This document shows, piece after piece, positions 1-13,674 of a DNA stretch of 32,539 nt. The notes below the pieces were generated by a model that made no database searches, was not told where the DNA came from, and saw only the letters and a program-made list of their open reading frames with translations. The position numbers and the translations under genes are program-made. The stretch covers positions 1-32,539 of the forward strand of contig CAJVPI010000372.1 of the NCBI GenBank assembly GCA_910592345.1. The letters run 5' to 3'. The DNA is from Paraglomus brasilianum (lineage: Eukaryota). Every line of letters starts with the position of its first letter. Position 1 is the stretch's first letter.

Positions 1-192
1 GAAAATGATCGTAAGAAATATCTACAGCTTGCTGGTCGGATACTGCTGATTTTCCTGTTCATCGGGTTCATCTTCAGTGGTGAATTGTCTCTTCAGCGAG
101 TGATTGTGTCAATTATCGGACTTATTGCATGCATAATAGACAAGTGTTTATTAAATCGGAGAGAGAATGCACATAACATTGACTTTGACTAA
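1..192 (+). pseudogene. ERV29: 3'-truncated SURF4/Erv29 ER cargo receptor fragment (5' part lies outside the window)
   Basis: Frame 1 from base 1 reads ENDRKKYLQLAGRILLIFLFIGFIFSGELSLQRVIVSIIGLIACII, which matches the fungal Erv29/SURF4 'QLAGRVLLIFLFIGF' region. Similarity stops at about 138. The frame continues as DKCLLNRRENAHNIDFD to TAA at 190-192. The expected VGFKAK..., DFFQTLS and C-terminal KKxx segments were not found before GEM1. Confidence 0.7.
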
Positions 193-1065
193 ACTTACAT
201 TTATGTGGCCATTCTGTATAAATCGTTTATAGTCTGTCTTTTGTATCGTATTTTTGAAACATATATGCGTATACTGTACCTGGAAATGCACTGATCATGT
301 CCTTTTGACATGCATCAATAAACGTCGCGTGTCATCGGTCAGAAATACCGGTTATGTAGCCAAAGTTTACTTGAATATAGAAAAGTACGAGATTATAATT
401 TTTTAAAACCATTGGAGGTTGCCAGTTGCAGTATATTTTACGTCGAAGTCATTCTATATACAATCCTTGACTTGTATATGTATTACATTGGGAAAAGTTG
501 TTTTTACGTTTAAGCTTTAATCAAATATACGTATAACATGCGGAAAAGCAGGTACGGAGTGGAAATTTGTTGTTTTTATTTAAAGCTAAAGTCCACTAAA
601 CCTTTTAATTCTCTTTTCTAGCATTTATATATAACATTTGGCACCGTTGTAAAAGGATTTATTAAATCGATACTCTCGAATTCAAAAAAATCCGCGCGAG
701 ACTTGCATCTGCAAATTGGACATACAGTAAATCTCGGTTCTATCATGTTCTTGAAGACTCGGATCTCAGAATTAAAAGCAAGAGTCAAATTGACGAGAAC
801 ATAAGCAAGCCAAGTTTAAAGACATTCTATATTGTTGGTATATATTTACTTCGAGAAATTGTTGCACGACCCCCCGAAATTTTTTGCGCACCCTGTATGG
901 TATTGTTATACGTCACTGATTTTTTTCGGCATACTTTGAGCATTGCAGTTGACTCCAAACAACTCTACTAGAAAAAAACAATTATCGCAAGTCGCTCGTC
1001 GAGATTACATCCAGAAGTACTTTGGTCTAGTGACTTATTCTAGACGCGTATGATTCTTTGCTGAT

Positions 1066-4268
<3,203 letters not shown>

Positions 4269-5080
4269 TTAAAGAAATGACATAGACAATTTTGTGTTAA
4301 GAATAATATATGTTGTGCACGAATGCAAAGGTTTAAGAACTAGTGATATCACGTCTAGAGATTCTGCTTTGAATGTGATATCGCCAGCAATGGCTTGAAA
4401 ACAATGTTTAAAGATTTTCATCAAATATCCAAGTAGTAATAAACTAATCGTCTTATAGATATGTGTTTCAGTCTTAGTTCTGGGAGTAACTAAGGAATTA
4501 TGGGTTTAGTTCATTCAACGCGTCTCATCACGGATTTGTTCACCAACGCGTAGCGGATGCATGGACAGTGAATGATGTTGGTCAGTGATAAATGCCTTCT
4601 TGAAATCGCCATTTTTATGACATAGACTGGGCATTCTATGTAAATAAAAAGGCAAACATGTTGAATCAGACCCAATTTATGGTTATCATGCGTTCGGGTT
4701 CTCTTTTTTATAGGAGTGATAAACACGTTTTTGATCACTATTGGCTAAGCTTTTTTGTAATAGTCCATGTTTTTGAAATGTCATAGCTAATCTTTATTCC
4801 CAGAAAGGAAGGTGATCGGCGCGCAACATTGCAATCTCCAAAGTCACGGATTGTTGTTAGTTCTCTCTCCTGCCTACGAGCGACCATCAAAATGTTGTAA
4901 TCAAGGGAGGAAACAAATTTTACCCAACAAATATAGTTGCAAAGTCTTTAGAATATATCGGATATAAGGTTATTCAAACTATGCTTCATTTTTGTGTCAA
5001 AAACGCGCATGTTAAGCTTAATCCACGTGACTCAGGCACAAGGCTACTTATTCTTATTGATTATTTCCCGAAATAGAAAA

Positions 5081-5095
5081 ACGCGTTTCACGCGT
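5081..5095. promoter_or_regulatory. Tandem MCB (MluI cell-cycle box, ACGCGT) elements
   Basis: acgcgt at 5081-5086 and 5090-5095, about 70-80 bp upstream of ATG 5163. More ACGCGT at 4518 and 4546, and ACGCG cores near 5003 and 5158. ACGCGT is the established MBF site in fungal G1/S genes. Confidence 0.6.
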
Positions 5096-5162
5096 TTCTT
5101 ACATAATAAGTGAATGCATCCCTTCAATCTCTCAACATTTCGTAATTTGTTCAGTAAACGCG

Positions 5163-7372
5163 ATGCCCAACTTAAGACAGAGAACGTACAAACAGCTCGC
5201 TCCTTACTCTGCCGAGCGTCGGGAAGCTCAACGGAAGGGCTTACCAGTAGAAATAGATGCGATCGTTTTTGCAGAGGAAGCTATTTTGGAAATTGAGAGA
5301 GAGTTGGAGAGCGACAGTGACAGGGAGATATCTGTCTTGGGTAGTGAATCCGCTGACGATATTGAAAAAGAACGGGAGGATGAGCTTGAAGAAAGTGATG
5401 ACTGTGAAGACAATAACGAGAACGAGGATGAGGAAGAACTTGACGACGAATTCTATAATTTTCAGAATCGTAGAGTGAAGAGTGTTGCCGTTCGATCCCC
5501 GCTCCGTGAATGTAATAATCATGAAGTGACAGTGATTCCAAGTGACGAAGAAGAGTATTGCCAGAAATGTAAGACCGTGCTTGAATTTGGTACTCAACTA
5601 AAGATTCATTGACTTGCACTCACAGTTAAACGTTTTCTACAGACGAAATACTTAAAAAGACGTTACCAAAATTCGCTTCCGACGATTATCCCAAATATCT
5701 TCGGGAAGTCCGTACATTCTTGTCTACTAGCAAGAAAGATTCGGACAAAATCTCTCTACTAAGACGCCTATACGGATACATAAAACAAATAACGCCACTT
5801 ACCACGGAGAATCCTGTTTATATTCGTAACTGTTACAGAACAATAGTCTTTCTAGCAAAAGTTGCTCCTGTCACATTTCGTCCTCTGGAAGATTATTATC
5901 GTATTTTCAAAGCGAATCATTCTAAAAAGCTAAAAGACCTTCAACCATTGAGGATGCTTTTTTACGAGTTTAACGGTCAGTTGGCTACTGTTTTGGGAAA
6001 CCGTAGGGAAGACTGGAAATTCAATTCTCTGGTCGCAGAACAGTTGGAGAGAATGGTATTTGCCGTCGGGTCGTACGTACGAGTGACAGTACGCAAAAAA
6101 GATTGGAATGAACTTTGTCAAAGTCTATCAGGATTGACGGCGTGCCTTAGTCACACAACACAAATTACACATGACGATACGAGGGTATGTCATCTGAAAG
6201 GCTTTTATTAGTTATCAACGAGTAAACGCCCAAGCACTCAACGATCCGTTTCTATTAGGCTCTTCTGAATCAGCTTAACGATGATTTATCTCGATTGGCT
6301 CTTGGCATATTTAAACAAGGTGAATTTTTTTGTTCTGTTAATCGTTTGTCCTTTACAAGAAACTTACATTTTTGTAGATGCATATACAAAAATAAAAGTC
6401 CAACGACCGCCGAACGAACGTGATCAGTTTAAACTGCAAAGACTGTCTGCCGAATGTTGGGCAGCTGTATGGGCACTGATGGATCGTTGTGGCATTGAGG
6501 TATTTATTATAATAACCATTGTCCATTACGCACGATTACGTGTTCTGTCTATTCACAGGTCTTTTTTAATATCGGCAATAGAGTTTGAATCAATTATTCG
6601 AATCATCTAATTCATGGTGGATTGTTCCTGATTCTAAATTACGACGACAATTGGGTTTGCTGTTTTGCAATGGAATGTTGAAAGCTGGATATCAATTAAA
6701 ACGAACACTTGATGTAATGTATCGTAATAATCATTTAATAATGGTTTATGATTACTACATCAGATTAAATGCTGTGAGAATCGCCACTTCATAGGAAATC
6801 GAGCGTCGATTCTCGAAAGTATTATTCTACTCCTTCCTAGATTCGGAATTGGCGGACGACGCAATAGACTATGCAACACGCTTGAAACAAGAATATCATG
6901 AGATCAGCAGAAAGTCTCTTGACGTGGGATCGGGTGCAGCCTGTATATTTATAACTTCACATAACAAGAAACTGACAAAAGATACAAGAATCGAGTGGAT
7001 GAGAAGTAAGAATTGTATTATTGTTTTATTACGTGTATTTATCATTGATCTTGATGCCATTAACCATCGACTGTCGATATTATACAGCCCTCGCCCTAAA
7101 TAGTATTAAAAGAATTCAGATGTGTGTTGATGAGACTGAGCAATTAAAGTTGTGCGAAGATCTAAAAATGCTTTGGCGTTCCATTGATGAGGTAAGATGT
7201 CATTTTTCGTTTATGTTAATTGAGAATACAAAGTTGTTCAGAATATTCTGTAACCCCATCTTAGATGCTTCGCAATAATGCAACTCCACAAAATGAGCGG
7301 AAACAATTGGAAGACCACATGATACCACTGCAAAGACATTTCAATAGTCAGGTGTTGTTTGCTAATGTTTGA
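5163..7372 (+). CDS. Uncharacterised 568-aa protein, MMS22/Mus7-like (tentative), 8 exons
   Basis: Exons 5163-5589, 5643-6184, 6259-6319, 6378-6499, 6582-6713, 6795-7005, 7088-7191 and 7265-7372 join by GT..AG into a 1707-nt uninterrupted frame. N-terminal LRQRTYKQLAPY and the block AECWAAVWALMDRCGIESLNQLFESSNSWWIVPDSKLRRQLGLLF resemble fungal Mms22/Mus7 motifs as I recall them. An acidic tract and CxxC lie in exon 1. The gene model is well supported; the family call is weaker. Confidence 0.6.
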
Positions 7373-8942
7373 CATTTACTGAACACATTCCGATGGCATA
7401 ATCATCGTCCCGGTTAATCCTCACATGGTAAATGTATCTTTAAGACTGTTGATCGTTGTTGCTTTTCGAGGTATTCGTCGGCAACATCGGTAGAATCAGC
7501 GTTTTCACGCATTTATTATATTGCATAATTTAATTTGCTAAAAATTTAATACAACGTAAACGAATGTAATAATATAGGGAGAAAATTTCGCTAGAGCTCA
7601 TAGACGGCCAATCTTTTTGCTTATATTTAAATTGTATAACTTGTGTGAAGGGTCCAATAGAGCCGAAGAACTAATTTTATAATATAAACATTTGTAACCC
7701 ATACGACAGACTTGATTGCGATGATTATTCCAAAAGACGATACACCAATGCACAAGGATGAGTTTAATTATCATAAGAACGCATTTTGACAATTCTTTCA
7801 GACATGTGCTAATGAACGTTTACGGTTGATGGGCATGTAAATACATCGATATCACGTAAATCACTAATACTATCCCAGTCGGTATAATAAACTAATCTTT
7901 AACACGTTTTTTACGGAGTAATTTCCAATAATAGAACAATCCTTATTAACTAAGTTACACAAAACATCGTACAAATAGCTGAAATCTACCACATCGTTAA
8001 GCTTGAATAGTGGTTATTAGACCGATCATTACTTAATAGCATTGTCTGTAACAAAAGGCATAACAATAAAGGCTTTATAGATTTTGAAGATCTGTCCATC
8101 GTCATTTGATAGTTTTCAATGGATATTATTGTCTTTCTATACTTGCCGCGTAAACATATGATTGGACAATACATTGCTGTCCGAGTAAGGTGATCAATAA
8201 TTCCCAAAAAATTTTGGGGGACTTTTGAATCTCGCTTGGAGAGACGATTCCCCATAGTATTGTTGTCAACCCTTTTGTTCCGGAACGCATTTCCAGCAAA
8301 AGCGTAGTAATAGTAATAGTCTCTGTTCCAAATCTTACAAAAAATTTAAAGGTCCATACTTTATTATCCCTTATTCCCAACGCCCTCTTGACGCTTTCCA
8401 TTTTAGCCTTAGCGTTAACTTCACCGACTAGGCTTTACTCCCTTTTTTTCCACATATTTATTGAGGAAAGAAATTCTATTAGTTTCTTGTACGAGGAGGC
8501 CTTTTCATGCTCGTATTTCTATAACTTACTGTCTCAGTGGAAGCCATTGGTTTTTTAGTTCTCCAAAACTATTATTTATCTCGTTCCGATTTAAAGCGGG
8601 CACTGGGAACTTCTTGCGCAAACTTTGTGCTCATATGCCACTCTACAATACTTCATATTGCACAAATAGATTTCACTTTCTCTTTCTTTTCACATAAATT
8701 GTCAAGTGCCCAGGTCAAGCTTTTCGAGCGTTCGAACAAGGTCTGTAACATATAACTTATTCTTGTCTATTAGCTTGTTTTCTTTGACTTAATGTGAATA
8801 CCTGGTTAATTAAAACTTTATTTTACGTTTTACGTAACAATACTATAAAAAACTCTTGCTTCGAATGTTAATAAAACAAGGTCCAGGCAACACCTATAAC
8901 GGAGATCAGTAACGACCGCTATAACAAGATTCGCAGAAAATT

Positions 8943-10621
8943 ATGGGTCAAACCTCATCAAAGAAACGAGAGTCACGAAGCACGCCTAGTTCCACCAGTA
9001 TTGGTGGTGCGTCGATGGTAGAGGAAAAAGATACTAATCATTCTAACAATGACACTAATGGCTCGGTTAGTGGAATTGCACCTGATATCGTAATGAACGG
9101 AACGTCAGAGGGTAACAACACACCAACCTCACCAACCTCACCAACGATGGAACCAATTCTTCGACGTCCAAGTTCCTTGGGACCGTCCGGTAACGGCAAC
9201 GATCTCTTCAGCAACGATGTAACTCTGTCGTCTACCTTAACAATCGGCCACCATAATCAAAAAGATAATAAAACCATCAATATTGATGATATGATACAAC
9301 GATTACTTATAGCCGGAAACTCTAACAAAGTATCAAAGTCCGTGTGCCTTCGCAACGCAGAAATATCCGGAGTCTGTCAATTAGCACGTGAGGTCTTCCT
9401 ATCGCAACCATCTCTTATAGAACTTTCCCCACCAGTAAAAATTGTTGGAGACATCCATGGGCAGTATTCTGATCTTATCCGACTATTTGATATGTGTGGA
9501 TTTCCTCCAGCAGCCAATTATCTTTTTCTGGGAGATTACGTAGACCGTGGCAGGCAAAGTCTGGAGACCATATTGTTGTTGTTTTGTTACAAAATTAAGT
9601 ATCCAGAGAATTTTTTCTTGCTAAGAGGAAATCACGAGTGTGCGAATGTAACACGAGGTAAAATTATTTTCAAAAGTTTCGTAATGACGAGAATGATTTT
9701 TGCGCTGGAACTTTTTGTGTGGCGCATTGATCAAGACATGGGCAGGAAGGCGGAGAATGAGATTGAGCTTGTGAAGTGGCAAGATCAATAATGATCACTC
9801 GATGCTGGTTCAATATTTTGTCTTTCCATGTATGCATGGTCTTTCTGTTTATCTTATCCTGATAAGTCGCTAACCTGTTCGACTCTTTTTTTTTTCCTGC
9901 TTTTATTTACACTTTATTCCTTATTTCAATCTGAACTTTTCTAGTATATGGCTTCTACGATGAATGTAAGCGTAGATCAAGCGTCAAAATATGGAAGACG
10001 TTCGTTGATGTTTTCAACTGTCTACCGATTGCGGCCGTTGTAGCTTCCAAAATTTTCTGTGTTCATGGTGGTCTCTCACCAGCTCTATCTTCTATGGACG
10101 AAATTCGTCATATCCCTCGTCCAGCCGAAATACCTGATTATGGTCTATTGAACGATTTGCTCTGGTCTGATCCATCTCCAACCGTAATAGAGTGGGAAGA
10201 CAATGAGCGTGGAGTAAGCTATTGCTTTGGGAAATCAATTGTTAATGAGTTCTTAAAACGGCATGACTTTGATCTTGTCTGTCGTGCTCATATGGTTGTC
10301 GAAGATGGATACGAGTTCTTTAATGAGAGAACTCTGGTAACAGTGTTCTCCGCACCGAATTATTGTGGCGAGTTTGATAATTATGGTGCGATAATGGGTG
10401 TTAGCGAGGACTTGTTGTGCAATTTCGAACTGCTTAAACCGATGCCGCACAAGTCAAAGAAAAAACCAGGGTATGTGGTTTGATACGCTTGTTCTTCATT
10501 AGTATGTGTGATAATTTTTTATGGAATACGAATATTGGCTAAAATTTGTTCATTTTCTTACAGTTACACGCCATTTTCGGCGCACAGTCCACCAGTTATG
10601 GGAGTTCCCCAGTCGGTGTGA
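8943..10621 (+). CDS. PPZ1: PP1-related Ser/Thr protein phosphatase, PPZ/PPQ type
   Basis: N-myristoylation-type start MGQTSSKK and a Ser/Thr/Asn-rich extension. PPP motifs [44 protein letters not shown] and [11 protein letters not shown]. Exons 8943-9657, 9945-10470 and 10564-10621 (TGA at 10619-10621). If the last intron is retained the stop is at 10483. Confidence 0.92.
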
Positions 10622-12109
10622 ATGTTGACTATAATGTGTTATATGCGGATGAAGTATTGGCAACCTCCATACACGCATTATACATTAGATTCTGCGAGCG
10701 AACATTACGCATTTATCTTATTATCCCAATTTTTTCTGGCTTCATCTTCCTTGCTCCTTTTCAATTCTCGTATAATATTGTTGTATTAAGGATTGTAACA
10801 TCCATATGCATTTAGATTATCTTTTGCAACTTTGACTCCATTGACACTTGTATTTTTCATACTTTTAGTATAAATCTTCATTACCAAGATATCTGAATCA
10901 ATTTCTATTTATTGATGAACTTTAAATTTTCGAATAAGGTGACTAGATACTCTTTCTTTGCTGTATCTATACTGGAGATAGCTTTCGGCTACGGAGATGA
11001 TTTCAGAGAAATGGGTAGGAGCGGACAAGCAAATGACAAGATACGAGACTACTGAGTTATTATTCTTATCTCTTGCTTTCTTATCTTCAGTGTAGATATA
11101 TTAGGTATTTTGACTAGGTAGTGAATTTCAAATTAAAAAATGGTCTATCGAATGCTAATTCCTAGACACTATAGTCGATTGAATTGGAGAGCAAGGGCAA
11201 TCTATATGTTGTAGATTAGAACGCTATAGATAGTTGCCAGTATATCTTAGAAAAGTTATATTCATACAACGATTTTGAGTCACTGTTTTTCCACATGGTT
11301 TGTGAGTCTCATTGCTAAACCCAACAATAAATGCAAGTCAAGGCAAATTATACTAGTGGACGTAGACTTCTCATGAACAATACAAATTCGATTTCATACA
11401 AATGACTAAAAATTTTACAACAACCAAAAACTGCTTACAGAATATTCTAGAATTCACGATAATTCTATTTCTTTGTTAAGTATGTATACTAGATAACTCG
11501 GCTGATGACTGAATCATGCGATAAATAAGCTAACAATATTACCATCCATATATTCATTTATCATCGGAAGAATTCTGGCGATGATGCAATCGTTACTCGA
11601 TTGAGGAAACAGCTGAGGAGGACGATGACAACAATGAGCTTATGCGCGTTCTAAGAAATGACAAGAGAGTGTTGAAAAAACTTTTTCGCGCACTGTATCT
11701 TTGGAGTCTTTATGGTTATCGGCGTAATCATTCCTCACTCGGACGGATTTGCCTTGGGTATTGCCGAGAGAGTTGTATGCTCGTAGTCAAAGCTTTCGTA
11801 GACAATAGCTTCATTCAATGCAAGCACGTAGCTCCATATAAGATTGCATGTTTCATGCGCGTTTTCGGTTCCGCCATTCAAATACCGACAACCATAAACA
11901 TATTTAAAGACATTATCCCCAAATTCTTTATTAACCATAAACACATAATCTCTCTCCTCAATGCTAACATCGCCGCCGCCGCCGCCACCCCCAAAAAAGG
12001 TTTCAAGCAAAGAAGGTCCTCAGCTCCCTAACCCACAAACTTAAGACCTTATTGGAACGGAAAAGTCGCGGCATGGTCTCAGAAATCGTGGTTACCGACT
12101 CTGCCCATA

Positions 12110-12384
12110 CTAGAACCCTAACCCAAGTGCATCGCGGCCCATCGAAAAGAGTTTCTTTATAGTTGAGAATTTATTGAAGGAAATATTAGTAGTTGATTTT
12201 ATCATATTAGCAAATACTAATGCAACACACTTATAATTACCAACAAATCACTTTCGCTGTCTGAAAAGTCATCAAACTCTGCGTGTGTTTCCCTGACGTC
12301 TATATCCATAGCTTCTGTCTCATCTGCAAAGAAGAGTCGCGGTTGGACTATTTTGAATGTTTCAGTTTGGTTTTGTTGCTCCAT
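12110..12384 (-). CDS. Short spliced acidic ORF (62 aa) or 5' end of a decayed gene
   Basis: ATG at 12384 in context gccaacATGg, then 48 codons MEQQNQTETFKIVQPRLFFADETEAMDIDVRETHAEFDDFSDSESDLL. An intron-like segment 12240-12155 has GTAATT, a ctaat branch motif and AAG. Next comes KLFSMGRDALGLGF and a stop. The same frame reopens as ORF 11735-12010 after four stops. Confidence 0.35.
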
Positions 12385-12789
12385 GTTGGCAAGTTATGAA
12401 ATCGTCCGCGCGTCCGACGAGAACCCCAAACAAGCTATTGAAACGGTGGATGGGCTTTATTTCACTGAATACTTGGAACGGATAAATCTTGTCTACTTGA
12501 CTGATTAAGCAATTAAAGGACTGAATTTGTTTTGTTCGTCATTAGAGATTACCAGCCTGGGATGTCTACCTTGTAATTTCTTTTTCTGACTTATCAAATA
12601 AAGGCAAGTTGAAGATAAGCTTAAGCTTTACACGGATGTTCGTGTAGGAAAAGACGTTAATGAGCATGAGGACAAGAGACTTCAAAGATCATGCGTATGG
12701 GGTGAACGCAACTTCGTGCAAATATTACCGATGAGGCGATTGATGAAGCTAGGTATGATTGTTTATTTATTTTAGTGACAAGATAATTG

Positions 12790-12882
12790 ACCAATGATAA
12801 TTCTGTCAAAATCCACGTGGAACCGTTTCTATATTAACCAATGATAATTCTGTCAAAATCCACGTGGGAGCCGTTTCTATAT
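12790..12882. repeat. 47-bp-period tandem duplication (2 copies)
   Basis: accaatgataattctgtcaaaatccacgtggaaccgtttctatat (12790-12834) is repeated at 12837-12882 with one insertion and one substitution. Each copy contains CCAAT and CACGTG. Confidence 0.95.
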
Positions 12883-12929
12883 CACCCATCTCCACAATCC
12901 ATCAATAACTAATAAAGGAACGCAAAACT

Positions 12930-13674
12930 CCAATGCTTTCCGCATTCCGTCATAAGCCTGTTATCACTCTGGACGACAAACGCGATTTGTGGCCGCTTCA
13001 TTTCGAAAAAAAAAAAAAAGGCATAATAATAAGTGGCCTGTTCCTTACAGAATAACGTCCGATTGCATATTTGCAAAACCAATGAATGGAAATTTTCATG
13101 GGTTTACGAGACGCAAAAACACCGCGAAACCCAAGCGGATAGCTATTCATGCAGTTTTTATCGACCCTGGCCCTTCACACGGTACAAGGTGTAGGTAAAA
13201 TTGGCCAATACGACATTGGACGTCTATGCAAGCATATGGATTATCTTCTTTCTATAAATGACAAGCTGGCTGCCTCTAGTTCAAAACGTAAGAAGAAACA
13301 GGCCTTGCGACTTGATAAGGCAATCTTTTTGGATGCGACGAAAAATCAAACACCTGCAAAGCGAAGTTCATAAAAAGAGTGTCGCATTTTTTACTCGACG
13401 AATTCGATGCCATTATCATCCCTCCTTTTGAAGTGTCGAACATCAATTTCGCCAACGCCTGGTGGCTAAAGCAGAAGAATTAGGGGTACCATGTTATTAT
13501 CCAAAATGAGGCCTATACTTCAAAAACTTGCAGCTGGTGTGGGAGCGTTCAAAAAATAGGAGGTACAAGTGCCGAAATTGTGAAAATGGCGCTCCTCCGG
13601 GCATTGCTTGATGGAGCCTTGATTCTCTCCGGAGAAATAGTAGTAATGATATGCTACAATCCATCCGGGGTCGG
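12930..13674 (+). mobile_element. Degenerate IS607-TnpB-like / Fanzor2 RNA-guided nuclease relic with putative right end
   Basis: Joining frames across frameshifts gives ...NEWKFSWVYETQKHRETQADSYSCS / IDPG (RuvC-I, 13160-13171) / GVGKIGQYDIGRLCKHMDYLLS..KRKKKQALRLDKAIF / WMRRKIKHLQSEVHKKSVAF / LLDEFDAIIIPPFEVSN / QFRQRLVAKAEELGV / HVIIQNEAYTSKTCSWCGSVQKIGG / YKCRNCE-NGA / LRALLDGALILS. This is the colinear motif order of the TnpB/Fanzor RuvC and zinc-finger region. Confidence 0.88.

Noticed and set aside
723..745. tacagtaaatctcgg, resembling a pogo-type TIR start
   Set aside because: Too short, with no subterminal repeats and no inverted partner found.
5228..5619. Antisense and alternative-frame ORFs over real genes (also within PCK1, the DUF4203 gene and the F-box gene)
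   Set aside because: Shadow ORFs caused by codon bias of the true coding strand.
7598..8420. Overlapping minus-strand ORFs (64-91 aa) between the MMS22-like gene and PPZ
   Set aside because: Possibly a decayed gene or TE, but I recognise no motif and cannot build a consistent spliced frame.
11642..12031. 129-aa plus-strand ORF
   Set aside because: No recognisable domain; the poly-Ala is the antisense of the poly-Gly tract, so it is likely a shadow ORF.
12620..12760. Possible IS607 serine recombinase (TnpA) remnant upstream of the Fanzor relic
   Set aside because: Translations (KLYTDVRVGKDVNEHEDKRLQRS; QLRANITDEAIDEAR) show no YARVSS or DRL.R motif.
12790..12882. CRISPR-like array interpretation of the direct repeat
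   Set aside because: Only two abutting copies with no spacer, in a eukaryotic context.
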